DNA of 64,000 bases from Gemmatimonadaceae bacterium (GTDB lineage Bacteria; Gemmatimonadota; Gemmatimonadetes; Gemmatimonadales; Gemmatimonadaceae). The notes under the pieces are model-generated. The model was not told where the DNA came from, ran no database searches, and was given only the letters and a program-made list of their open reading frames with translations. Numbering within the stretch: position 1 is the stretch's first letter; each line of letters begins with the position of its first letter. Positions 1 through 9,459 of this stretch are shown here, piece by piece. The position numbers and the translations under genes are program-made. The stretch covers positions 1,184,001-1,248,000 of the forward strand of contig JBJMOW010000005.1 of assembly GCA_045803545.1 (NCBI GenBank), written 5' to 3'.

Positions 1-1
1 G

Positions 2-772
2 GAGCAGGCATGGCCGACTCAGCCAATCCCTACCAAGCCGGCACCGTTTGCCCGGCAGTCAATCAGCGAAGCGACCCTCAATGCTCTGAATCCGGCCGCG
101 CGGAGCGCACTCGTCGAGCGCTTCAGCAAGTTGCGTCACGACGATCTGTTCGCGCCGCCAAGTCAGAATGGGACCGTAGTGTTGCCTGGGTTTGATGGCG
201 GCGGAGAGTGGGGCGGCGCGGCGGTCGATCGACTGACGGGCGTGATCTACGTGAACGCCAGCGATGTTCCATGGATTGCAGCGATGCGTGATACTGCGTT
301 AGCAGACTCCGCGACGCGACGCGCGCGAGCATCGCGTCACCAGCTTTTACCATACGACTTCGTCGGCTACGAGCGCTGGCGTGATTCTGCCGGCTATCCC
401 GCAATCGCCCCGCCGTGGGGCACTTTGAGCGCTATCGATCTCAATACCGGCGAGTATCGGTGGCGGATTCCGCTCGGTGAGCATCCGGGGCTCGCGTCGC
501 GCGGAATCACTGATACGGGCGCGGAGCAGTACGGCGGACCAATCGTGACCGCGGGCGGGCTGGTCTTCATTGCAGCAACCATGGATGAGAAATTTCGCGC
601 CTTCGACAAGGACACCGGCAGATTACTTTGGCAGACGACGCTTCCCGCCGCGGGCTACGCGACACCCAGCACGTTCATGGTAAACGGCAAACAGTATGTC
701 GTCATCGCGGCGGGAGGCGGAAAGCTCGGCACGAAGTCGGGCGATGCGTACGTAGCTTTCGCCCTGCCCTGA
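2..772 (+). CDS. PQQ-dependent (glucose/quinate-type) dehydrogenase, C-terminal part; 5' end outside window
   Basis: Frame is open from position 2 ([19 protein letters not shown]...). Motifs [37 protein letters not shown] and [10 protein letters not shown]...YVAFALP are typical of the PQQ glucose dehydrogenase C-terminus. Confidence 0.9.
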   Translation, partial: EQAWPTQPIPTKPAPFARQSISEATLNALNPAARSALVERFSKLRHDDLFAPPSQNGTVVLPGFDGGGEWGGAAVDRLTGVIYVNASDVPWIAAMRDTALADSATRRARASRHQLLPYDFVGYERWRDSAGYPAIAPPWGTLSAIDLNTGEYRWRIPLGEHPGLASRGITDTGAEQYGGPIVTAGGLVFIAATMDEKFRAFDKDTGRLLWQTTLPAAGYATPSTFMVNGKQYVVIAAGGGKLGTKSGDAYVAFALP

Positions 773-1293
773 CAAGCGAGCGCACGACGGCGAGTGGCCG
801 CAGCTACATCGTGATGGGCGTGTCCGGCTCCGGCAAGACCGTCATCGGCACGCTGCTCGCCCGCGCATTAGGTGTCGATTTTGTCGAGGGTGACACCTAT
901 CATCCGCCGGCGAACATTGAGAAGATGTCGGCCGGTGTTCCGCTCACAGACTTCGACCGTGGGGGATGGCTACATGCAATTGGCGAGAGAATCAAACGCG
1001 CCAACGACGATGGTGAAGGCGTCGTCGTGTCCTGCTCGGCGTTGAAGCGGTCATATCGTCAAATCATCCGCGCCGAGGCGGGCGCGGTGCAGTTCGTCTT
1101 TCTGCGTGGCGAGCGGGCGCTGATCGGGCAACGTATCCGTGGTCGCAAAGGACATTTCATGCCGCCGTCGCTGCTCGACAGCCAGTTCGCGGCGCTCGAG
1201 GAGCCATCGAGCGAGGAAAATATCTGGATCGTTGATATCGATGATTCGCCTGAAGCGATCGCTGCCTCACTCATCGCCCGCGCATCCGCTTGA
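769..1293 (+). CDS. gntK: Gluconokinase (GntK/IdnK family)
   Basis: P-loop MGVSGSGKT plus [17 protein letters not shown] and [12 protein letters not shown]. Start uncertain: CTG 769 overlapping the upstream TGA, or GTG 811/ATG 814. The ORF-track start at 628 lies inside the upstream gene. Confidence 0.9.
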   Translation: MTSERTTASGRSYIVMGVSGSGKTVIGTLLARALGVDFVEGDTYHPPANIEKMSAGVPLTDFDRGGWLHAIGERIKRANDDGEGVVVSCSALKRSYRQIIRAEAGAVQFVFLRGERALIGQRIRGRKGHFMPPSLLDSQFAALEEPSSEENIWIVDIDDSPEAIAASLIARASA

Positions 1294-2642
1294 GCCCTGA
1301 CGCGCGGCTCCTGCTGTGCGCACTCGGCGCGGTGATCGCGCTGATTCTGCTGATCGCGCAGGTCAAAGTTCATCCGTTCGTTGCGCTTGTCAGCGTCTCA
1401 TTGGCGATGGGAGCTGCGGCCGGAATGCCGCTCGCGAACACGGTGAAAGCATTCCAGGACGGCGTGGGCACTACACTCGGCTTTATCGCAGTGGTCGTCG
1501 GGCTCGGTACGATGCTGGGCAAGATGATGGCGGAGTCGGGAGCGGCAACGCGGATTGCGACGACTTTGATCGATCGCTTCGGCGAACAGCGGGTGCACTG
1601 GGCAATCATGATCGTCGCGTTCATCGTCGGCATTCCGGTGTTCTTTCAGGTTGGCTTCGTGTTGCTGATTCCGTTGGTATTCACCCTCGCGCGGCGGACC
1701 GGCGCTTCGCTGATCAAAGTCGGACTGTCCCTCGTCGCCGGGCTCTCGGTTGTACATGGCATGCTGCCGCCGCATCCCGCCGCGATGCTGGCGCTCACTG
1801 CCTACAACGCTGACATCGGCCGCACCATTCTCTACGGATTGCTCGTCGGGTTGCCGACGGCGGCACTGGCAGGGCCGATTTTTGGCTCGTGGATATCGAA
1901 GCGAATCATCCTTCCCGCCGAGAATCCGATGGCGGCGCAGCTCGAGGGCAGCGCAAGCGACAGCACGCCCACGCCGGGCTTTGGGATTTCTGTATTCACG
2001 GTTACCGTCCCGGTCATCCTCATGCTGCTCAGCACCGTGACGGACCTCGTGCTCGGCCCGCGCAGCGCGGTTGCACCGCTGACTCACTTTGTCGGCAACC
2101 CGATCGTGGCCCTGCTTCTGGCCTTGATCTTCTCGTTTTGGTCTTTGGGCCGGGCGAGGCACTTCAGTCGCTACGACATCATGAAGTTCTGCAACGACTG
2201 CCTCGCGCCAACTGCGGCGATCCTGCTGGTGATCGGCGGCGGGGGAGGCTTCAATCAGGTGCTGGTGCAGAGCGGAGTGGGCACTGCGATCGCACACGCC
2301 GCTGTGAGTGCCAGTATCTCGCCACTGCTTCTGGCGTGGAGCGTCGCAACCCTGATTCGGGTGGCGACGGGATCAGCAACGGTCGCAATGACCACGGCTT
2401 CCGGCATAGTCGCACCGATCGCCGCTGCGATGCACGGCGTGAGTCCCGAGCTGCTCGTCCTCGCAACCGGCGCCGGATCCCTGATGTTGTCCCATGTCAA
2501 TGACGCGGGCTTCTGGCTGATCAAGGAGTTTTTCAATATGTCTGTCCCGCAGACCCTCAAGACGTGGACTGTCGCCGAAACAATCATCGGGGTGACTGGA
2601 CTCGTTCTTACCCTCATGCTCAGTCTCGTCGTCCACGCCTAA
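1290..2642 (+). CDS. gntP: Gluconate:H+ symporter (GntP family permease)
   Basis: Multi-TM protein with HGMLPPHP, RVATGSATVA and SHVNDAGFW motifs. Its start overlaps the gntK stop. Confidence 0.9.
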   Translation: MSPDARLLLCALGAVIALILLIAQVKVHPFVALVSVSLAMGAAAGMPLANTVKAFQDGVGTTLGFIAVVVGLGTMLGKMMAESGAATRIATTLIDRFGEQRVHWAIMIVAFIVGIPVFFQVGFVLLIPLVFTLARRTGASLIKVGLSLVAGLSVVHGMLPPHPAAMLALTAYNADIGRTILYGLLVGLPTAALAGPIFGSWISKRIILPAENPMAAQLEGSASDSTPTPGFGISVFTVTVPVILMLLSTVTDLVLGPRSAVAPLTHFVGNPIVALLLALIFSFWSLGRARHFSRYDIMKFCNDCLAPTAAILLVIGGGGGFNQVLVQSGVGTAIAHAAVSASISPLLLAWSVATLIRVATGSATVAMTTASGIVAPIAAAMHGVSPELLVLATGAGSLMLSHVNDAGFWLIKEFFNMSVPQTLKTWTVAETIIGVTGLVLTLMLSLVVHA

Positions 2643-2664
2643 CCTCTGTTCGAGGATTTCAGCC

Positions 2665-3405
2665 ATGCACCGGAATTTGAGCTGGCTCGCCGCAACATTC
2701 GCTCTTGCCTGCTCCGCCTCGCGCGCCGATACGGTGGCTTCGCAACAGTCATTGCCAACCGATGGCTGGATCGACGCGACCGCGACGCTCGACCCGAGTA
2801 CGACGCCGATCTATCAGGGCGACGCGCCGATGAAGTTCGATTTCATCCACGACATGCGCAAAGGTGACGCCTTCACCCTATCGGCATACTCGCTCGGCGC
2901 GCACAGCGGCACCCACATCGACGCGCCGATGCATTTCGTCCGCAACGGCGCGGCAATCGATAGAGTGCCGCTTGGCCCGCTGATTGGCCGCGCTCGCATC
3001 ATCGACATTCCCGACGGCGTTCAAGCCATTAACGCCGCCGAGCTCAACAAGCACAGCTGGCGCGGCGTGCCGAGGGTTCTTTTCCGCACCCGCAGCGCGC
3101 TTCATGGCTGGATGTCGTCCCCGACATTCCACAAGGATTTCGCGTACATCGCGCCCGATGCAGCGAAGATGTTGGCGGACGCTGGCGTTCAGCTGGTTGG
3201 AATCGACTACATCTCCGCGGAACAATTCGGCGCGGCGGCACCATTGACCCACCGCACGCTGCTGGGGAGAAACATTCCGATCGTGGAAGGCCTCGCACTC
3301 GACCATGTCAAAGCCGGTGATTACGATTTGATTGTGCTGCCGATAAAGGTCGGCGGTCACGAAGGCGCGCCGGCGCGGGCGATACTGCGACCGCGTTCGC
3401 GGTGA
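2665..3405 (+). CDS. Cyclase family metal-dependent hydrolase (kynurenine formamidase-like), with export signal
   Basis: HSGTHIDAPMH (HxGTHxDxPxH), GIDYIS and EGAPARA motifs; hydrophobic N-terminus ending LAC. Confidence 0.85.
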   Translation: MHRNLSWLAATFALACSASRADTVASQQSLPTDGWIDATATLDPSTTPIYQGDAPMKFDFIHDMRKGDAFTLSAYSLGAHSGTHIDAPMHFVRNGAAIDRVPLGPLIGRARIIDIPDGVQAINAAELNKHSWRGVPRVLFRTRSALHGWMSSPTFHKDFAYIAPDAAKMLADAGVQLVGIDYISAEQFGAAAPLTHRTLLGRNIPIVEGLALDHVKAGDYDLIVLPIKVGGHEGAPARAILRPRSR

Positions 3406-3418
3406 GATCGGGAGAGTC

Positions 3419-3985
3419 ATGAGTAGCATTGTCGAGTCGATTCGTGCGGAATATCTCCGCTACAAAACCCTGGCCGAAGGCGCAATCGATCAACTCGATG
3501 ATGCCGACTTAACGAAGGAAGGCCCGAACGGCGGTAACTCGATCGCGACGTTGTGCTGGCACATCAGCGGCAATCTCAAATCCAGGTTTTCCGATTTCCT
3601 CACCAGCGACGGAGAGAAACCCTGGCGGGACCGCGAAGAAGAGTTCCAGGCGCGAACGGTCAGCCGCGCGGATCTGCTGGAGAAGTGGAACGGCGGGTGG
3701 AAGGTATTACTCGACACCATCGCACAGTTGACCGATGAGGATCTCAGGAAGACGGTGACGATTCGGCAGCAGCCCCTGATCGTTCATGAGGCACTGCATC
3801 GCTCGCTCTCGCACACCGTATATCACGTCGGCCAGATGGTCTACATCGCGAAGGGATTTCGTGGCGCTGCGTGGAATTACCTCAGCATCCCGCCCGGGCA
3901 ATCAGCCACCTACAACAAAGCTCCCAAATTCGAGACGGCCGCCGCACAGCAGGCCGCGGTGGCAAGCAGGATTACGCGGAAGTAG
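3419..3985 (+). CDS. DinB/DUF1572-like protein
   Basis: NSIATLCWHISGNLKSRFSDFLTSDGEKPWRDR and HTVYHVGQ are typical of the family. Confidence 0.8.
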   Translation: MSSIVESIRAEYLRYKTLAEGAIDQLDDADLTKEGPNGGNSIATLCWHISGNLKSRFSDFLTSDGEKPWRDREEEFQARTVSRADLLEKWNGGWKVLLDTIAQLTDEDLRKTVTIRQQPLIVHEALHRSLSHTVYHVGQMVYIAKGFRGAAWNYLSIPPGQSATYNKAPKFETAAAQQAAVASRITRK

Positions 3986-4784
3986 GGATCCGGTTGACGC
4001 CGGCGGCGGACATTGCGCCGCTCTGCGAGGCGCGGCGCACCAAGCGCCACGGGAAGAAGTAAATCGCGTAAATCACGGCGTAGACCGCAAAGTTCTCGAG
4101 CCGCGCGAAGTGCGCGAAGAAGAAAAAGAACATCAGCATGTGCATTCGCATCACGTTTCGATACGGCTCGGAGAACAACTCGCCAAATCGCCGGTTCTGG
4201 GTCCCGGTCAAGGAAAGCGATTTCTGCGAATCGATCGAGAATGGCTTGCGCATGAAAGCCGCGCGGTGGGCGATGAAAGCCGACGGCAGAAATGGCCAGT
4301 AGCGCCTGACGATCTCCACGTATGTCGACATGTTCGCGTCGGTGGAGCGGCCATGTCCGGTCTCGATTGGAAAGAACGAAATCAGAATCTGGGAATGGAC
4401 GTAGTGAAATCCGCCGAAGTGGATCGTGAAAAATCCTAGAAAGAACGCGACGCCCACGAAGAGGATCAGCACGAGCGCGGCGATTGCGCGTGGGTTGCCG
4501 CGGAGCATCGCGCGATCGCGCCAGGCTACCTCTGCGAACTCCGAGGCAGGCTGGACTATCATCCACACAATCGTCGCGTAACCAACAACGAAGCTGGAGA
4601 GCCACAGCGACCAGATCAGATCGCCAGCACTCCACCGCGCCCACCAGGCGACGGCAAGTCCAATGGCGAAAGCAATGGCATCGGGCCAGCTGCTCGCCCA
4701 GCTTTCGGTGTTCGTTTCGGTCGCAGTTACGGTCAGGAGGCTCACAGTTACCCTCTCGACGCTCTCACTGGACCGCCGTAACAC
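3972..4784 (-). CDS. Membrane protein (DUF6498-like)
   Basis: Several TM segments; FFTIHFGGFHYVH and PYRNVMRMH motifs. Start uncertain. Confidence 0.65.
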   Translation of the reverse strand: MLRRSSESVERVTVSLLTVTATETNTESWASSWPDAIAFAIGLAVAWWARWSAGDLIWSLWLSSFVVGYATIVWMIVQPASEFAEVAWRDRAMLRGNPRAIAALVLILFVGVAFFLGFFTIHFGGFHYVHSQILISFFPIETGHGRSTDANMSTYVEIVRRYWPFLPSAFIAHRAAFMRKPFSIDSQKSLSLTGTQNRRFGELFSEPYRNVMRMHMLMFFFFFAHFARLENFAVYAVIYAIYFFPWRLVRRASQSGAMSAAGVNRIPTSA

Positions 4785-4811
4785 GTCACCGCCGCGAGTG
4801 TATTAACCACC

Positions 4812-5423
4812 ATGAATTCGGCCTTCAGACCGAGCGCTTTGGACCAACATCGGGACGCGCTGCTGCGCTGTCGCCGCTGTCGGCTGCATTCCGACGTCAC
4901 CCCGGTCGCCTCACTCGCGCGCAATCCACGAGCGATGCTCGTTGGGCAGGCGCCGGGAAAAGTTGAGGCGGAGGGCGGTGTCCCATTCTCAGGTCGCGCG
5001 GGGCGGACGCTTTTTGGTTGGCTCTCACGCGCCGGGTTGGACGAGAACGATGCTCGCGAGCAGATCTACATCTCGGCGGTCACGAGGTGCTTTCCGGGGC
5101 CTCATCCGAGCGGCCGCGGCGACCGAGTGCCGTCCAAAGTGGAGCAAGCGCATTGCGCTGATTGGCTCGAAGCGGAGCTTCGGATCATTCGGCCCAAGCT
5201 GCTGATTCCGGTGGGCAGACTGGCAATTGAGCGGTTTTTGCCCGCACTCCCGCTTGACCAGCTCATCGGCACCAAACGCAGCGTTGTCCACGCCGGCGGG
5301 CAGTCAACCGTGATTCCGCTGCCGCACCCGTCGGGCGCGAGTAGCTGGTTTTACCAGAACGACAACCAAACCCTGCTTGACCGAGCCATCGAGCTTATCG
5401 CTGTCGAGCTTGGCCGTCTCTGA
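4812..5423 (+). CDS. Uracil-DNA glycosylase family protein (Fe-S, family 4-like)
   Basis: CxxC near the N-terminus, GQAPG, PFSGRAG, RCFP and PLPHPSG motifs. Confidence 0.85.
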   Translation: MNSAFRPSALDQHRDALLRCRRCRLHSDVTPVASLARNPRAMLVGQAPGKVEAEGGVPFSGRAGRTLFGWLSRAGLDENDAREQIYISAVTRCFPGPHPSGRGDRVPSKVEQAHCADWLEAELRIIRPKLLIPVGRLAIERFLPALPLDQLIGTKRSVVHAGGQSTVIPLPHPSGASSWFYQNDNQTLLDRAIELIAVELGRL

Positions 5424-5477
5424 AAAGCGACGCTAAACTTGTGGAGCGCCGCGTAGCGGCTATCACGGGAGGCAACC

Positions 5478-5849
5478 CTGACGTCAACAGCTCCGTCGAC
5501 GCGAGCCGTCAACATTGGGCCGCGCGAACGACTCAAGAGACTCAGCGCGGGAGTGGTTGGCTTCGCTCTCGGCATCGTTCTGGCCGCGGTGCTGATCGCC
5601 ATGCGCGCGCCACCGCTGTGGCGACTGTTGCTCTTCTTCCCCTTCCTGTTCGGCGCCCTCGGAGTGTTCCAATCTCGCGACAAGACGTGAGTAAGGCTTG
5701 CATCGCGCGGTCAGCGCGATCTCGACACCGGGCCCCAAAGCGTCGACAACAGCGTGGAGCTGGCGCAGCTGCGCCGGCAGGCACGCGCGGTCTACGCGAA
5801 ATCGTTCGTCACAGCGATCATTCTCACGGCGCTTTCCTTAGCGTTATAA
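5478..5849 (+). CDS. Small membrane protein with in-frame TGA (codon 71); candidate selenoprotein
   Basis: GGAGG (5468-5472) precedes a CTG start at 5478. Translation: MTSTAPSTRAVNIGPRERLKRLSAGVVGFALGIVLAAVLIAMRAPPLWRLLLFFPFLFGALGVFQSRDKT*VRLASRGQRDLDTGPQSVDNSVELAQLRRQARAVYAKSFVTAIILTALSLAL-TAA. Protein-like frame continues past TGA 5688-5690, with a SECIS-like hairpin just downstream. Confidence 0.75.
5691..5720 (+). promoter_or_regulatory. Putative bacterial SECIS element
   Basis: 11-nt spacer after TGA, then ATCGCGC (5702-5708), loop GGTCA (5709-5713) and GCGCGAT (5714-5720): a perfect 7-bp stem with a G-initiated loop. Confidence 0.7.
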
Positions 5850-6805
5850 CGCTAAGCGCTGCGCTGCTGTCGGTCGCGGCTCCGTGCGCGTCGGCGCAAA
5901 TGACGGCGGCGCGACTTGATGCGATCGTCGAAGCACAGCGCGACAGCGGCTTTTCAGGCGTGGTGCTGGTGGCGAGGAATGGCACCATCATCATGGAGAA
6001 GGCGTACTCACCGCGAAACGGGGCTCCCCTCCGCACGACGTCGCAATTCAATATCGCGTCCATCACCAAGAGCTTTACCGCCGCGGCGGTCCTGCGGCTC
6101 CGCTCCACACACCGACTGTCCTTCAGTGATCCGATCTCGCGCTTTTTTCCATACACCTCACCTGGCAAGCGCGATATCACGATCTATCATTTGCTCACCC
6201 ACACGTCGGGTCTCGCCGGACATTCGGCAGGTACGGGAATCGTGCGCCGCGATGGGGCCGTCACCGCAATCCTCGCGCAAAGACTCGAATACCCACCGGG
6301 CACGCACTATCAGTATCAGGATGACAATTACGAGCTGCTCGGCGCGGTTGTGGAGATAACTTCGGGCCTCAAGTGGGAAGACTACATCGATCGCGAGCTG
6401 CTGACTCCTGCGCGCATGAACTCAACGACCTTCCAGGGCGGCGACTGGGGACACAAAGGCGCCAATGGCATGCGGAGCACCGCGCGCGATCTCTATCGAT
6501 GGCTCACAGCCATTCACGATGGCAAACTCTTCGGCCGCACCGAAAGCCAGGAGCTCGAGTCTCCGCTGATGCACGTGCGCAGCGAGCCGCCGTACGAGAT
6601 TCATTACGGTTACGGCAATCGGATCTACGTGCGCAACGGCCGGGTCGCGGAAGTGATGCACTCGGGAAGCGGCGACGCCCGCAACACCTCGATCGCACGA
6701 ATGCTGGCCGACGGAACTATCGTCGTCGTTCTCTCCAACTCTGGCCAGCACAGGGGAACGACCTGGGCGTCGTATCTAGGGACGCGACTCGCGGCGCGCA
6801 AATAG
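5846..6805 (+). CDS. Serine hydrolase, beta-lactamase (class C-like) family
   Basis: SxxK (ASITKS), LLTHTSG and PPGTHYQY motifs; signal-peptide-like ...AAPCASA-Q. Start unresolved (ATA 5846, ATG 5900 or GTG 5687). The ORF-track N-terminus from 5441 looks like off-frame translation of the small upstream gene. Confidence 0.8.
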   Translation: MTLSAALLSVAAPCASAQMTAARLDAIVEAQRDSGFSGVVLVARNGTIIMEKAYSPRNGAPLRTTSQFNIASITKSFTAAAVLRLRSTHRLSFSDPISRFFPYTSPGKRDITIYHLLTHTSGLAGHSAGTGIVRRDGAVTAILAQRLEYPPGTHYQYQDDNYELLGAVVEITSGLKWEDYIDRELLTPARMNSTTFQGGDWGHKGANGMRSTARDLYRWLTAIHDGKLFGRTESQELESPLMHVRSEPPYEIHYGYGNRIYVRNGRVAEVMHSGSGDARNTSIARMLADGTIVVVLSNSGQHRGTTWASYLGTRLAARK

Positions 6806-6811
6806 CCGCGC

Positions 6812-8245
6812 TCAAACTCTCCGCGTTTTCCAGCGACCCTTTCTGAAGAACCACGCGCTCACTATCGCGTGTACCGAGTAAGTCAGTAGCATCGCGAAGA
6901 ACACCCCGCGCGGTCCGCGATGCAACGGCAGCGCAAGCAAGGCAGCAAGCGGGATGCAGAACGCCCAAAAAACGAACAGGTTGATCCACGTCGGAGTCCA
7001 GGTATCACCGGCGCCGTTGAACGCACTGTTCAGGACCATTCCGTATGCGTACAGCGGGAATCCGAACGCAACTGTTCTCAGGCCGGCGACGGCGTAACCG
7101 CCAATTGCCGGATCGGACGTGAACAGAGATGCAATCGGTCCGGCGAGAACAACGAAGATGAGTCCGATTGAGCTCAGGAATACCACGTTATACCTGCCCG
7201 CCATCCACACCGCGCGCTCAGCCCGATCCGGTTTTTTCGCGCCGAGCGCCTGCCCCACCATCGTCGCGGCAGCGTTGCTGACGCCCCACGAAGGAAGTAG
7301 TGCGAACATAATGATTCGCACCGCGATGGTATAGCCGGCCAACGCAGTACTGCCAAAGACTGAGATTATTCGTACGAGCCCGATCCAGCTCGCGCTGCCG
7401 ATCAGAATCTGAAACGTTCCCGATCCCGACAAACGAATCATCTGCCACATCAAGGTCGGGTCGAGCTTGAAATGATGTCGGCGTACCTGCACACGGCCAC
7501 CGGGGCGGAAGAGGCGGGTGAGCGCGTATATGGCACCAGTTCCTCGTCCAATGGTCGTGGCCACTGCGGCACCGACGACGCCTAGTCGTGGAAACGGACC
7601 GACGCCGAGGATCAGCATCGGGCCGAGGAAGATATTGATGGTGTTTGCCAGCCACAGCACGCGCATCGCAATCACCGCATCACCGGCGCCGCGGAACACC
7701 GCGTTCACCAGAAACAACAGCAGCACGACGATGTTTCCGCCGAGCATGATGCGAGTGAAGAGAACGTTGGCGAGCACGCCGCCCGACCCGCCCATCGCCC
7801 GCAGCAGCACCGGCGCTGTCAGTGCGCCGAGTACTCCGAGGGTCACTGCAATACCAGCAGCAAGCAAAATCGCCTGTGCGGCTGCGTGCGAGGCGCCTTC
7901 GGAATCCTTCTCGCCAATGCGTCGCGCCACGGTTGCGGTGGCACCGATGCCGAGGCCCATCGCCATGGTGTAGATGAGGACCATCATCGACTCGGTGATG
8001 CCGACCGTTGCGACTGCATCAGCGCCGAGTCGCGATACGAAGAAGACGTCGACCACAGCGAAGACGCTCTCCAGAACCGTCTCGAGCACCATCGGCACCG
8101 CAAGCAGGAAGATCGCTCGGCCAATGGGACCACTGGTGTAGTCGTGGTGCGCGCCGCGCAGCGCTTCCCTGATGTTCTCCCAGTACCCTGGCGCAGGCTC
8201 GGGCGTCGTCGTCGCTGGGACGGCGAACTCGGACGTGTCACCCAT
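6812..8245 (-). CDS. MATE family efflux transporter
   Basis: About 12 TM segments; LAVPMVLE, FRGAGD and FNGAGDT repeats. Start chosen at MGDTSEF. Confidence 0.9.
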   Translation of the reverse strand: MGDTSEFAVPATTTPEPAPGYWENIREALRGAHHDYTSGPIGRAIFLLAVPMVLETVLESVFAVVDVFFVSRLGADAVATVGITESMMVLIYTMAMGLGIGATATVARRIGEKDSEGASHAAAQAILLAAGIAVTLGVLGALTAPVLLRAMGGSGGVLANVLFTRIMLGGNIVVLLLFLVNAVFRGAGDAVIAMRVLWLANTINIFLGPMLILGVGPFPRLGVVGAAVATTIGRGTGAIYALTRLFRPGGRVQVRRHHFKLDPTLMWQMIRLSGSGTFQILIGSASWIGLVRIISVFGSTALAGYTIAVRIIMFALLPSWGVSNAAATMVGQALGAKKPDRAERAVWMAGRYNVVFLSSIGLIFVVLAGPIASLFTSDPAIGGYAVAGLRTVAFGFPLYAYGMVLNSAFNGAGDTWTPTWINLFVFWAFCIPLAALLALPLHRGPRGVFFAMLLTYSVHAIVSAWFFRKGRWKTRRV

Positions 8246-8249
8246 GTCG

Positions 8250-8813
8250 CTACTGGTTTGCCGTCGGCGAGTCGGACTTGGGAGCCTGGTCATAGCCGGG
8301 CATGTCGAGCGCGAGGTAGGTAACCGTATCCCACGCGTTGTGAACGCCGACCGACAGCAGAATCAGAGACGCGGCCCCGATAGCGAAGAGCGCTGGGGTG
8401 TCGAAGCGTGGCAGCGCAAGCGCGGCGACCAACATCAGAATGTAAGCGCCAAACGGCAGCACGACATGGAAAATCCAGTCCTCGAGTACAGGTTGATACC
8501 GTTCGGTACGCCCGGCACGTCGCGTAACGATCGCGCTGTAAATGATTCCGGTTAAGCCAAACAATCCAATTACGAACGCGGCATGGTTCAGCTCTTCCCA
8601 CGGCGCGCTGATGATCGCGCCAATGAGCAGCACCGCCATGAAGTGAACTACCGTTGGCGTGCCGAACGCTGCAATCTCCTGGTGACCGCCCCGTCCCGGC
8701 TGGTCGGCGATGATCGCCATAACCACGAACTGTAAACCCGTCAGCGCCCCCGCCGACGAGCCGACGATGACGTAGAAGCTTTCCCATTTGCCGAGAATTT
8801 CGTGGGCGGGCAT
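8250..8813 (-). CDS. Hypothetical membrane protein
   Basis: Five TM-like segments; GSSAGALTGLQFV and GVHNAWD motifs. Confidence 0.75.
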   Translation of the reverse strand: MPAHEILGKWESFYVIVGSSAGALTGLQFVVMAIIADQPGRGGHQEIAAFGTPTVVHFMAVLLIGAIISAPWEELNHAAFVIGLFGLTGIIYSAIVTRRAGRTERYQPVLEDWIFHVVLPFGAYILMLVAALALPRFDTPALFAIGAASLILLSVGVHNAWDTVTYLALDMPGYDQAPKSDSPTANQ

Positions 8814-8957
8814 GGGCCTAAGCTATTCGGACCCGGTCGAGTGGGAAACTGTGAAATGAAAACTGCCAGCCGGCGGTGTCCAGCAGTCAGCCAGCGGTCC
8901 GCGCGTGATCCCGCGACCGAAAAAAAACAGCCCAGAGGCTAGATTTGAGGTCAATCA

Positions 8958-9452
8958 ATGCCGGCAACCCCATTCCACCTTGGCCCAGGCCTGCTGATCA
9001 AGGCCGCTGCGCCGCGCTCCTTCTCACTCGCGGCATACTCCGTCGCGCAGGTCGTCATCGACATCGAGTCGGGATACTACCTGTTGAAGGGCGATTACCC
9101 GGTCCATCGTCAGGCGCACACATTCTTTCTCGGCGGCTTGATCGGTCTCGTCTGCGGACTGATTGTTTCACGGATCGGCCGAGCCTGGGCGAAACCGCGC
9201 GACGCAATTCCGGAAGCGCTGGCGGTTGAGTATCGCTTACTCATTGCAGCTTACAGCGGATTGTTCGGGGGAGTCTTTCACTCGTTCCTGGATGGAATCA
9301 TGCACGCCGACATGCGGCCTCTGCGTCCGTTCAGCGATGCCAATCCGCTGCTCGGCCTCGTGAGCATCCAGGTTCTCTATCTATTCTGCATCGTCACCGG
9401 AATCCTCGGCGCGGCGCTCCTGCTGGCGTGGGAACGACGGCGCCGATTCTAG
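8958..9452 (+). CDS. Membrane-bound metal-dependent hydrolase-like protein (DUF4184-like)
   Basis: TPFHLGPG, VIDIE, H..AHT and HSFLDGIMHADMRP His/Asp motifs. Confidence 0.7.
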   Translation: MPATPFHLGPGLLIKAAAPRSFSLAAYSVAQVVIDIESGYYLLKGDYPVHRQAHTFFLGGLIGLVCGLIVSRIGRAWAKPRDAIPEALAVEYRLLIAAYSGLFGGVFHSFLDGIMHADMRPLRPFSDANPLLGLVSIQVLYLFCIVTGILGAALLLAWERRRRF

Positions 9453-9459
9453 ACGGCGT

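Noticed and set aside
5441..5845. 135-aa N-terminal extension of the 454-aa hydrolase ORF
   Set aside because: Arg-rich, off-frame-like composition; better explained by the overlapping small membrane gene in another frame.
8896..8927. Hairpin followed by A8 as a terminator
   Set aside because: The A-run is 3' of the stem on the plus strand, so no U-tract follows the hairpin on either strand.
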